The position numbers were made by a program, and so were the translations under genes. Source: the human T2T-CHM13v2.0 reference genome, Homo sapiens. Taken from it: a DNA stretch of 64,000 nt. This document shows, piece by piece, positions 51,416-64,000 of this stretch; within the stretch, counting starts at the first letter, position 1; each line of letters begins with the position of its first letter. The DNA lies in assembly GCF_009914755.1 (NCBI RefSeq), contig NC_060931.1. One strand, given 5' to 3'. The notes beneath the pieces are model-generated. The model searched no databases. It was not told the origin of the DNA and saw only the letters and a program-made list of their open reading frames with translations.

Positions 51416-53264
51416 CAGGCAGACCTCAAGGATACTGCAGATTCTGTTCCAGACCACCGCAATAAAGTGAATATCACGGTAAAGTGATCACACAAATGTT
51501 TTAGTTTCCCAGGCCATATGAAAATTATGTTTATACTATACTGTAGTCTATTAAGTGTGCAATAGCACTATGTCTAAAAAAGCAATGTGCATACCTTAAC
51601 AAAAAAAAATTGCTAAAAATGCTAACAATCCTCTGAGCCTTCAGCAGTTTATAATCTTTTATAAATCACTGTGTAAATATTAACAAAATAAATGTTTACA
51701 GATAAACACCATATATTAAACATCAAGAGGTGCAGTTTCATTGGCCATTGAACATGGTTTCAATACTTTTTAAAATTAAAGTATAGGAATATCGATAACT
51801 TGGAAAACAACACAAACTTGATTTTTACATAAAGCCTAACAAGAAAATAGTTACTACTTTTTGTTGTCCTTGTTATATAACTTCTTAGGAGTATTTATAT
51901 AGTAGTATATAAATAGTAATCTTTTTGTATATCATCAGAGCTCTGAATTACCATGTGCATTGTCAATTTCAATATTTCAAAAGGAATCTTTTATTTTGAG
52001 CAGTAAGTCTCAATAGAGGGCTTAACATATTTAGTAAACCAGGCTACAAACAAATGTGCTGTCATCCAGGCTTTGTTTTTCCTTTTATAGAGCACAGGCA
52101 TAGCAGTATCAGTTTTAAGGACCCTAGGATTTTTGGAATGTTAAATGAGCATTGGCTTCAACTTAAAGTCACCAGCTGCATTAGCCCTTAAAAAGAGTGT
52201 CAGCCTGTCCTTCAAAGCTCTGAAGCTGGACATTAACTTCCCTCTCTAGCTTTGAAAGTCCTAAGTAGCAGCTTCTTGTAATATGACTACTTAATGACAT
52301 TGAAAATCTGCATTTAGTGTAGCCATCTTCATCAATGATCTTAGCTAGATCTTCTGGATAATTTGCCACAATTTCTGTATCAGCACTTGCTGTTTTGCTT
52401 TGCACTTTTATCTTCTGGAAACGGCTTATTTCTTAAATCTCATGAACCAACCTCTGCTAGCTTCCAAGTTTTCTTCTGCAGTTCCCTCACCTTTTTCAGC
52501 CTTCATAGAATTGAAGAGAGTTAGAGCCTTACTCTAGATTAGGCTTTGTCTTAAAGGAATGTTGTGTTTGTTTTGATCTTCTATCCATGGCCACTCAAAC
52601 TTTCTCCATATCAGCAATAAGCCTGTTTCACTTCCTTATCAGTTGTGTGTTCACTGGAGTGGCACTTTCAATTTATTTCAAAACTTTTCCTTTATATTCA
52701 CAACTTGGCTAACTGTTCCAAGAGGCCTAGCTTTCAGCTTGTCATCTCATCTTTTGACCTGCCTTCTTCACTAAGCTTAATCATTTCCAGATTTTGATTT
52801 AAAGTGAGAGGCATGTGACTCTTCCTTTCACTTGAATACCTACAGGCCATTGTAGGGTTATTAATTGACCTAATTTTAGTATTGTTTTGTGTCAAGGACT
52901 AGGAATGCCGAAGGAGAGGGAGAGAGAGGGGAACGGCCAGTTGGTGGAGCAGTCAGAACACACACGTGCATTACGTTTGTTGTCTTATATGGACACTGTT
53001 CATGGTACCCCAAAGCTATTACTATAGTAATACCAAAGATCACATACCACTATAATAGATATAACAATAATTGTAAGTATGAAATGTTGAGAAAGTTACC
53101 AAAATATGATACACAGACACAAAGTGAGTACATGCTGTTGAAAAAATGATGCTGATAGACTTGCTCAAAGCAGGGATGACAAAAACCTTTAATTTGTTAA
53201 AAAAAAAAAACTCCCATATTTGCAAAGCACAATAAGTGAAGCACAATAAAATGAGTTATGCCTG
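51416..53264 (-). mobile_element. Tigger1 DNA transposon, internally deleted, both ends present
   Basis: Ends CAGGCAGACCTC and GAGTTATGCCTG-TA; transposase remnant [26 protein letters not shown] in ORF 52181..52405. Confidence 0.92.
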
Positions 53265-53470
53265 TACTTCTCATAACAGTCTCTATTATAGGTGGGCTTT
53301 TACTCTTTCCGAACTAGGAGTCCCATTTTAGTTTTTACTCATTCTTCTTTTCCTCACTAGGGATATCTTGCTCTTCCACAGATGACTTTTTTTGCATAGT
53401 ACTCATTCATTAAGAAAGAACCTACCATTACACTTCACATCTACTAACATCCATTGGCTGATCTTTTATA

Positions 53471-53474
<4 letters not shown>

Positions 53475-53507
<33 letters not shown>

Positions 53508-54100
53508 TTTTGAGACAGGGCCTTGCACTGTCACCCAGGCCATAGTGCTGGCACAATCACAGCTCACTTACAGCCTCAGCCTCCTGGGTTCAAGTGATCC
53601 TCCCACCCCAGCCTCCCAAGTAGCTTGGACTATAGGCACATGCCACTACACTTGGCTAATTTTTAATTTTTTAGGTTTTGTGTGTGTGTGTGAGAAAAGG
53701 TATTGCTCTGTTACCCAGGCTCAGTGACACAATCATAACTCGCTACAGCCTTGACTTCCCAGGCTCCAGTGACCCTCCCACCTCAGCCTCCCAAGTAGGT
53801 GGAACCACAGGTGTGCACCACCATGCCTGGCTAATTTTTTTGTATGTTTGGTAGAGATGGGGTTTTGCCATATTGCCCAGTCTGTTCTCAAACACCTGAG
53901 CTCAAGCAATCTACCCACCTCAGCCTCCTAAAGTGCTGGGATTATTGGCGTGAGCCACTGCACTCTGCCTAATTTTTTAATTTTTTGTAGAGAGAATGTC
54001 TCACTGTATTGCCCAGGCTTCTCTCAAACTCCTGGGATCCTCCTGCCTTGGCCTCCCAAGCTGCTGTTATTATAGGTGTGAGCCACCAGGCCCAGCCTGG
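53475..54100 (-). mobile_element. Nested AluJ-in-AluJ (four arms)
   Basis: Right arm 53510-53670, complete Alu about 53690-53969, left arm 53970-54100; CTAATTTTT(T)AATTTTTT duplicated around the inner copy. Confidence 0.85.
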
Positions 54101-55335
54101 GCGATTCTTCACTTCTGAGATCTCTCTAGAGGAATCTGCTGCAATTGGTTTGTCCTTCCTCATCACCCAGACAGTACACTTTCCAGTGGCCATTCTCTCT
54201 AGTTCTTCTCTTCGATTTGTGGGTTCTAAGCTGGTAGTACATAAAATAAAATTTTGTTTGTTGAAATCATTGGTGAATGGTGGAAGATCAATAGATGTAT
54301 AGTATTAAAGAGCTCTTTACTCTGTATTAAAATTGCATAATTCTCCTTCCCAAATGATTTCAAATATGAAATTTTAGTTCTGGAATTTTAGGAATCTGTT
54401 TACCTAACAATGTTCTCCTGTTATATGTCAGGAATGAGAGTTTCAGCAGTAAACAAAATAGTTAGAGACATGCCCTCATAGAGCTTAATTTCTAGTATTT
54501 GTACCTGTGTATGTATGTATCTGTAAGGTTAAAATTTACACAGACAATAAGATACATCTGTAAAGTATATAGAATTATAGATGGTGACAGTTGCTAAGAA
54601 AAACCAAACAGAGAACAGAGGTAAGGAGCAGGGGGATGGAGATGAAGATGAAAGATTAGAATTTCACATAACGTGTCCAGAAAAAAAGCTCACTAAAAAA
54701 AAATTGTGTTAGAGTACGTTCTCTGAAAACTGACTTTAAGATGAAAAACACATACAGGAATTTTATTAGAAAGTGTTCTTGGAAGCCACCCTTATAGGTG
54801 AGTGAGGGAAGCAATATCAGAAGAGAGAGGAATTGGATACACAGCAGTTGCAACAGAGAACTCAGCCAATCTTGTGGGGAGCTCTGAAGCTGAGATAGTT
54901 GTACAGATTTATATGAAAGAAAGACAAGAAGACTGGACTGTTGTATCTCTTTCAAGAAACAGAAATTTAATGTATGTTTGCCCTGGAAGAGGATAAAACT
55001 GATCCTTTTCTCTGAGGGTCATTTCTGAGCAAGGCCTAAGCTGTGACCTGTCAGCCAAGGGAGTGATTTCTTAATCTTGAAGCGGAACTCTGGGCAAAGT
55101 ACTTGGGCTTTCACCTCCCGTATTACTTGGATGCAGGTAAGTTTAGTACACTCACTACATCTGGGCATGTCCAAGGGTTGCAATTACTCTTTTTCCTAAG
55201 GAAACTTACAAGAAGGTGTTCAGTGAATCAAACTACAGCCCTTGTCAATGCTTGCTGGTCTCAAAACTGCAACTGTTACTCATCATCTCCCTATTCTTCG
55301 ACCCATGCGAGGTTTCCTTCTGCTAGATTAACACC

Positions 55336-55526
55336 TAGGGTGATCATCTCTCCAAGTTTTTCCAGGACTGAAAGAATCCCTGAGACTTGGGACTTTTACT
55401 TTTAAAATGGGGACAGTGCTGGGCAAATCAGCACTGGGACTGGGACTACAGAATTTCTCAGGATGTGAGATTTTTAGTGCTAAATCTAGGAAAGCCATGG
55501 CAAACTGAGAAAAGGTGGTCATCTTA
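55336..55526. mobile_element. MER81/MER94-like hAT-Blackjack element inside the provirus
   Basis: TIRs TAGGGTGATCA / TGGTCATCTTA; decayed 8-bp TSD TTAACACC / CTAACACT. Confidence 0.7.
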
Positions 55527-56725
55527 CTAACACTTGTACTTGTGTATGTGGCTTATCTGTTGAGATGATGCAGATTCTTTCATGATGAATTGCAGGCCCC
55601 CGAGCATCATACCGTTAACAGTCTGTGGCTTCTGCCCTTGCTGTTTACTATTAAGGTTGAGCAGGGAATAAATCAATAAACATCTCATCTGGTCACCTGG
55701 GTGCTGAGTGTATGCTGGCCTGATGTGATTGTGTAACAGCAGTCAGTCCTGCTCCTAATGACTAGAGTCAATTGTTCACACCTAGTTGGTGACTCCTTAA
55801 GAAGCCTGAAGTGATAAAAAGACAGCTGTAATTTACAGTTTAATAGGACCCTTATTGTGCACCTGGTGGAAGGATTGCTCTTCTGGAAACCAGAACTAGA
55901 CCCCACAAAGTCGAATTTTGTAGACATAGGAAGCACAGATTCCCCACATGGGACATTGGGAAAGATGGTAAGTGAGGCCACCTCTACTTCCATCCCATAA
56001 TTCTCAGGTGTGTCCCTTGTGACCTTAGGGACACACGCACTGTATCATTTTTTAAAATGCATCTAGAATGTATATTGTATCCTGAGGATGGCTGTCATTT
56101 GCAAGCTGACAGATTCTGGGTGGTGCCACATGAAATAGGACAAGTAGATTCCCTGGTTATAGGTCCACTGTTATGTCTCCTTTTCTATAAATTGAGTCCA
56201 TTGGTCCAATGCAATGTTATGGCATTCTGGGTCAGTAGATCAAATAGTCTATAAACCCCAGGAGAGTGATAAAACCAGTCAAAATGGATGTCCGTCTATT
56301 CCAGAGTAGAGACAAATGATTGGTATTCTTATGGGATTGTGCTCCATAGGGGAGTCAGTTAATTTTTGTTGCTGGAAGGTAGAACATTTGGCAGAGGCAG
56401 TAATTATGTCAGCCTTGGTAAGTGGGAGGTCATGCTGTCAGGCTCATGCATAGCCTCCATCCCTGTCTCCACGGCTACTTCATTCCTAAGCCCATTAGTG
56501 TAGCACTGGGGATCTTTGTGTCTGCCTATTGGTTACTCCAAGCCTCTTCCATGCTGGATGCTCATTACTGGGTGTTAACATGCCATACAAACCTTCAGCA
56601 GGTTCATTCACTCTCTTCCTCAGACCTCTTTGTCCCTCATCTTCTAGTCATTTCATTTCCAGGACCCAGAGCATCCAGCCAATTCATTCACAGCTATCCA
56701 TACATATATTTTTACATTGTATTCT

Positions 56726-57043
56726 TTTTTAAATTCTTTTTTTTAAGACAGGGTCTTGCTCTGTGGCCCGGCCTGGAGTGCAGTGGCACAATCACAACTG
56801 TTGCAGCCTCAAGCTCCTGGGCTCAAGCTACCACCCCCCCGCCCCCCACCCCCCACGCTTGGCCTCCCGAGTAGTTAGGACTGCAGGTGTGCATCACCAC
56901 ACTTGGCTAATTTTTAAATTTTTTGTTAGAGATGGGGTCTTGCTATGTTAATCAGGCTGGTCTTGAATTCCAGGTCTCAAGTGATCCTCCTGCCTTGGCT
57001 TCCCAAAGTGATGGAACTACAGGCATGAGCCACCACCCAGGCC
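56726..57043 (-). mobile_element. AluJ inside the provirus
   Basis: AGACAGGGTCTTGCTCTGTGG...GAGCCACCACCCAGGCC. Confidence 0.9.
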
Positions 57044-57658
57044 CATTTTGTTTTAAGAGTAATTTATCTTTTCACACAAAGTGGATAACCAGGTTTATTT
57101 ACCACAGCTCCACTCATTGGAAGGCTTTCTTTTTCACAGGTGACTTTCAGTTACACCCAAAGAAGGCAAATGACAGAGCAGCTGTATCATTATTGTTTAT
57201 ACTTGTCTATCAAGCTGAGCCACCTGTGAGCTTAGCTTGGCTTTTTTCCTCCTTCATTACCTGGCTATAAATGTCAGCTAAGGGAGGAGCATTGGTGACT
57301 ATGCCACTTGATTATTCAGATTACTTGTGCCCGCTGGCCGTGCTTGGGCCAAATGCCGGGTATAATACTCTGACTGAACAATGGATTTCTGTTAAGCACA
57401 CCCAAGTTTATGATTTGGTAGGTCTTATGAAACCTATCTCTTGATGAGTAGCTCTGATCACATGGTCACCTGATGTCCTATTTTCCAACAGTCCAATTCC
57501 ACCAAAGCTCAGTAGCGTGAAAATAGTGCTTCCAAATGGTATATATTTCTGCTATAGATGGCATTACTTTGTTCCCTATGGTTCTGTCTTATGTTTCTCC
57601 AATTGAGCTTTCCATTAATTCTACAAGGCACCTTTTCTCACTGTAGACAACTATAATA

Positions 57659-57890
57659 TAATTGTTTTCAACTGCAGGTGATTTTGCCCTCCAGAGCTCA
57701 TTTATGAATGTCTAGAGACATTTTTGGTTGGCACAAGTGGGAAAAAGGGGTTGCTATCAGCATCTAGTGTCATCTGCTAAATATTCTACAAAGCACAGGA
57801 CACTCCACCCCACCCCCTCACCCCTGTGCCACATACAACAAAGAATTATCTGACCTGAAATGTCAATAGTACTGAGGTTAAGAAACCCAG
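57659..57890. mobile_element. MER20 DNA transposon
   Basis: GGTGATTTTGCCCTCCAG...ACAACAAAGAATTATCTG...AATGTCAATAGTACTGAGGTTAAGAAACCC. Confidence 0.85.
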
Positions 57891-58754
57891 CTCTAGTACT
57901 GTAAATCTATTGGGACATAGTCGCTCATATAGCAGAACTTCTCATATGACTTCCTAAACTTGCTGAAATCCCTTTGTTGTTCTGGAAGCCTTTTGCGTCA
58001 CTTTATCAATAAGGTGGAGCTGGAATATGCCGTCTTTATAACCCAAGGAAATTTACAAGTGGTGTTTCATTAGGTACAAGAGTCAATAATTTGTTCTTTA
58101 TTTCAGACAAAGGCCCTGGCGTGTTTCATACTACTGGACTCCTAGAAACTCTGCTGATCTGGCAAGGCCTTGAATCTCTTTAGGGCTTTTGACCATCTTC
58201 TAGAGTTAATGTGTCTTAACAAGGTTTCCAAATATATTTGTCACTTCTTGCTCATCTTTTCTTATTAACATAATGTTATCAATACAGTGGATCTATACAA
58301 TGTGCTGAGAAATGTTAAGACAGTTCAGGACTCTTTGGAATATTTATGACAGAGTATGAGAATGTTAATACAAATCAGGACAAGTCCATAAATGCTTACA
58401 GCCATTTATCTCACATGAATACAACTATTTCTGTTTCTCCTTCCAGATAGGAATGGAAAAAAAGATTTTCACGAAATCAGTGGCCACACACTATGTACTT
58501 GAGGTTTTGTTAATTTGCTCTAGCAAAGATACCACAATGGGCAAAGCAACTGCAATTAATGTTACTACTTAACTCCACTTGTAGCAGTACTTTGTCAACT
58601 GCCAGGATCTGTTTGGCTTGTACAGCTAGTCTCCTAAATTAAATAAGATATGATGGGGTCCACTATTCCTGAGTCCTTCATATATTTATGCTGACAACAA
58701 TGTGTGCCATTTCCTCTATGGTGCAACATAGGTTTCATTTATTTTACTGGATGG

Positions 58755-58915
58755 TGTATTAGTCTGCTGAAGTTGCCGTAAAAAAATACCACACACTGGG
58801 TGACTTAAACAGCAGAAATTTCTTTTTCTCACAGGTCTGGAAACTAAAAGTAAGAGACAAAGGTAGCGGTGGGTTGATTTTTGGTGAAACCTCTTCCTGA
58901 CCTGTAGATGGCTTC
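58755..58915 (-). mobile_element. MLT1 (MaLR) LTR fragment
   Basis: TGTATTAGTCTGCT...AAAATACCACACACTGGGTGACTTAAACAGCAGAAATT. Confidence 0.75.
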
Positions 58916-59232
58916 CATTTTATAGACTGGCTACCCTTGGCCTCCTAATGATTACTCTTGATGCTTCTGATTGTTTATATTGAGCAATACTCATGTAAGA
59001 AGCTCATTTATTTTGCTCCAAGAACACTGATCATTTCTACTGATCATGTCCATAGGTCTCTGCAAGTCCGGATCTCCTGGCTGCTGCTCTGACTTTGACT
59101 TTCATTACCACATTGTATTTACTTCAGTTATCATAATTAAATGCTAGCACCTGGCCTCTATTGTTTGGGGATCTTATTATCCCCATGCTTTGAAAGGATG
59201 CTTAGCTGTCGAGAAACACTTTCATCAAGTAG

Positions 59233-60187
<955 letters not shown>

Positions 60188-61199
60188 AGAAGAGGTCTGT
60201 TACTGTTTTTTCTATTATCAACCCTGGCTGAAATCCCTCTCACTAGTGAATTCCTTTTAAATTTCAGTACACATAAAGCTTTCTGGCAACTTCTTGAAGT
60301 CTGATTTATTTTCCAGCCTTATGTATTAATATTATTCTTTCTAATATGTCAACTCTGAGTCTTTTGCCACCTTCCTCTGCCGTTTGTCATAGGACAACAC
60401 TATATTCAGGCTTCCAAGAGTCTTCATAGAAAACATTAATGCTATCTCTCAGGGTGTTGAATCTGATACAAAAAAAGGGTTTCTCTCTGATATGTCTTCT
60501 TTATCCAACTTTATGTGTTATCTTCCTTTAATTCAGCACTCTTAGAACACAGTATCTTTCCTGAAATTTCACACTGGCTAGCTTCTGCAGCTCTTTTGGT
60601 ATATGGTGGTCCATGGTCTCTTTCTTCTGTTAGCAGGTCCAGAACTTGCCTGACTAGGTATGGTGTAAGTAGATTACAGTTATTAACTTGTTCTCCAGAA
60701 GGAGAAGAAAACATAGATCCCCACTAAGGTTTAAGGTGCATGTTATCTTATGAGACAAGAGCCTGGGCATTGGCTTCATGCAAGAGGGATTGCTAGCCTT
60801 TAAAAAGGAAGTATGCCACATCTTCCAGCCCAAAGGGTCCAGGGGAATTTAAGAATTCAAGATCTTTTGATGCATCAGCCCAGGCATCCTTATTCTAAAT
60901 CTCAAGGTCCCACTCCTTCCCAGTGAAGACCTTGATCTTGTTGTAGTAGATTTAAAAAGCTTGAAAATTCAGTCCTCTCTGGAACTTGCTATCTTTCTCA
61001 TTAAGTCCTGCACCTAATCATTGTGTTTTCAAGCCATTTCTCCACTCCAGGAGATAAATGCTTGTTTTTATGCAGCCAAAAAGTCCCTCTGGCTTTTACA
61101 CTTTACATTAAATTAGTGACTAACCACCATTGGCCTTCCGTTGTCTTTCTCTAGTGGATTGGTAGTTCTCAGCAAATAGCCATCAGTGCTATAGTTCTT

Positions 61200-61400
61200 T
61201 TTTTTTTTGTCTATTGATTTTTCTTTATATATATTTTTATTTTTTTTTTATTATACTTTAAGTTCTAGGGTACATGTGCACAACGTGCAGGTTTGTTACA
61301 TATGTATACATGTGCCATGTTGGTGTGCTGCACCCGTTAACTCGTCAGTTACATTAGGTATATCTCCTAATGCTATCCCTCCCCACCATGGAATACTATG
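61200..61400 (-). mobile_element. Young L1PA 3' end with 5' inversion and 16-bp TSD
   Basis: TTATACTTTAAGTTCTAGGGTACATGTGCACAACGTG...; CAGTGCTATAGTTCTT at 61184-61199 and 61401-61416. Confidence 0.92.
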
Positions 61401-62291
61401 CAGTGCTATAGTTCTTAAAATTTCCACTTTCCCTACACCTCTCAAACTGTGAAATTTGACCCATCATTGCCTCTTACTCAGATCACATTTTAGGTCACTA
61501 TCAATGAAAGTTTAAAAAATTGTTCTGCTACTGCAAATCAGGAACTACAAGTAACACACCTACAAGTAGTAATGGGGTCCTAATTGCCCAGCTGGTTGAG
61601 AGGTGGGGTTCGGGCTGGATAATCTGGTTTCAATATCCCTTTCTAGAGTCTGCATCCTAGGACCACTCCTGGCACCAACTCTCTTTGATTAGGCTTCCTG
61701 GAAACAGAGTCTAGGGCAGATATTTGCATAAAGTGGGAGAGTGATAAGATACGCCATCGGCAGATATACCTGTATAGAATGAAAAAGGCAGGCAGCAGAA
61801 ACAGTTGAACTACAGTGGAGGTACAAGAGAGTCCTCTGCTGATTCTAAAGGGAGTCTATAGCTGGGAAAACTCTTCAGAGCTAAAACTGAAAGGAGCGTG
61901 AACCCTCATGCTCCCATTATCCGAGTCATTGGATGTGGCTGCCCTCAAGTTATAACCTTGGCCAGGGAAGTCCTTTCGGTTAAGGACAATTTCTGGAAGG
62001 AAACTCAGCTGTTAATACTTCCAGTAGCTGTAAGAATGAGTGTCTTAGTCATGAAAGGGGTTTTAGGTGGTATAGCAGAATATTAACTCCAGTAACATTT
62101 GGGCAAAGACATTAAAGAAATTAGGAAATGAAAAACACAGACATCAGGAGAAAGACAAATCTGAGCCAAGAAAATAATAATTGCAAAGTCTGTGAGGCAG
62201 GCACTTGCCTAGTGTATTTGGAGAACTGCAAGGGAATCTGGGTGTCTGGGGTAGAGTGGGTATGGGAAGAGTAGTACACAAGGAAGGTGGA

Positions 62292-62719
<428 letters not shown>

Positions 62720-63064
62720 TCACTGAGGGACTCTTAGATTAGGTCAGGACTATGGCTTTTCTCTGTGAGAGACTGAAAACCATTGCAGGGTTTTGAGGAG
62801 TGGAGTAAACTGATATGAACATGTTGAAGATATACTGAAGTGATCTAGGGCAGAAATAGAAAAATTAGAAAAAATTTGCAATAATCCAGGTGAAGGCAAC
62901 ATGATGTAGGCTAGATGATCACGATGTTAAGAAATGGTGAGATTTTTGGTACATTTGACAGGTAGAACTGGCAGGATTTGCTAAAAGATGTGATGTGGGG
63001 TTTGAGCAAAAGAAAGGAGCCTGAGTAATTGTAAGGAAGAATGTGCTATATATTGGGGTGGAAG

Positions 63065-64000
63065 GAGGCTAGATAGCAGCAAGATGGTGGAGTAGGACTT
63101 CCAGTGCTTACCCCTCTGCAGAATCATCAATTTGAATAACTATCCATGAATGAACATGCCTTCGCAACAGCTAGAGAAACCAGGTAGAAAGGTTACAGCA
63201 CCTGGGTATAGCACAGAAATAAGAAAAGGCACATCAAAGAGATTAGGAAACAGTTTTACATTACTCATTACTACCTCTCTCCTAACCCCAGGCTGCATAG
63301 AGTGGAGAGAGATACCCTCCGCATGGGAGAAGAGAAAAGCAAGCAAAAGGCTTAGCTTTGGACCCCCAAATTAGGCTCATGTCAGTAAAATTTAGCACTG
63401 GCCAGTCCCCCACCGCCATCCAGGCTGGTACCCTCAGACCAAGCCTCCAGGTCCATTCAATCACCAGGCTGATCCCATCAGCCCCAGCACCAGGCCAGTA
63501 CCTGCAGTCCTAGTTGTAACCTGCTATACGGTCTCCAGGCCTCCCTAGCATCAGGTCTCGCCCTGTAGCCTCAAGCTCCAGGCCCACCTCAGCCTCCATA
63601 CCAACCCAGAACAAAGTCAGCTCACATAGCTCCAGGTTTCAGGCCCACTTCAGGGCCAGGTTGACTTGACACCCCCGGTTGGTCTCAGTCACCAGGCCAG
63701 CACTCATAGGCTCCAGGCCTGCCCAGTGCCAGGCCAGCTCCTGTAGCCCCACCCTCCAGGCTAGCCCCTGTGGCCCCACGTTCAAGCAAACCTAAGGTTT
63801 AGGCCTGTTCCAGTAGGTATTAGCACTGAGCTGGCTCCCAGGAAGTCAGGCTCTAAGACTACCCCTGTAGTCCCAGATTTCAGGCCACTCTCACAACCCC
63901 AGACCCAGGCAAGCCATCACAAACCTAGCCTCCAGGCCAGTACCCACACAGCCACCTTCCAATCTGGCCCTCACAGGTCTAGCTCCAGACAGGTCTCAAA
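63065..64000 (+). mobile_element. Old L1 5' UTR (L1M/L1MA-type), continues past the window
   Basis: AGCAAGATGGTGGAGTAGGA start typical of L1 5' ends, followed by degenerate CTCCAGGCC-containing tandem units. Confidence 0.65.

Overview
Human (primate) genomic DNA, AT-rich and repeat-dense. It holds the 5' part of GNAT3 (alpha-gustducin, the taste/tuft-cell G-protein alpha subunit) on the minus strand. Coding exons 1-5 are 47203-47086, 29910-29868, 23970-23829, 14292-14135 and 9673-9545 (118+43+142+158+129 nt). All have GT-AG junctions and the frame is intact: [16 protein letters not shown]...GAGESGKSTIVKQMK...[20 protein letters not shown]. Exons 6-8 are not seen and should lie to the left of the window. 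The rest is introns and about 17 kb of upstream DNA filled with Alu, L1, L2, MIR, DNA transposons (Tigger1, MADE1, MER3/5/20/81) and LTRs (MER41A, MER4, MLT2A1). There is also an ancient two-LTR ERV-L provirus (about 54.7-62.1 kb) inserted into an L2. I see no new protein-coding system; the ORF track is almost all repeat-derived noise. The most unusual structure is a 539-bp fold-back MLT2A1 element in intron 5. It has two 241-bp 5'-LTR halves in inverted orientation (22 mismatches, no indels), a 57-bp non-LTR spacer, and one 5-bp target-site duplication around the whole unit, as if it integrated through two U3 ends. Other points of interest: POU-octamer/FOX motif clusters (candidate POU2F3 enhancers), an L1 insertion with both a tiny 5' inversion and a probable 3' transduction, inverted Alu pairs around exons 2 and 4, and several templated-insertion scars. 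Repeat subfamily names come from recalled consensus sequences, not from a search.
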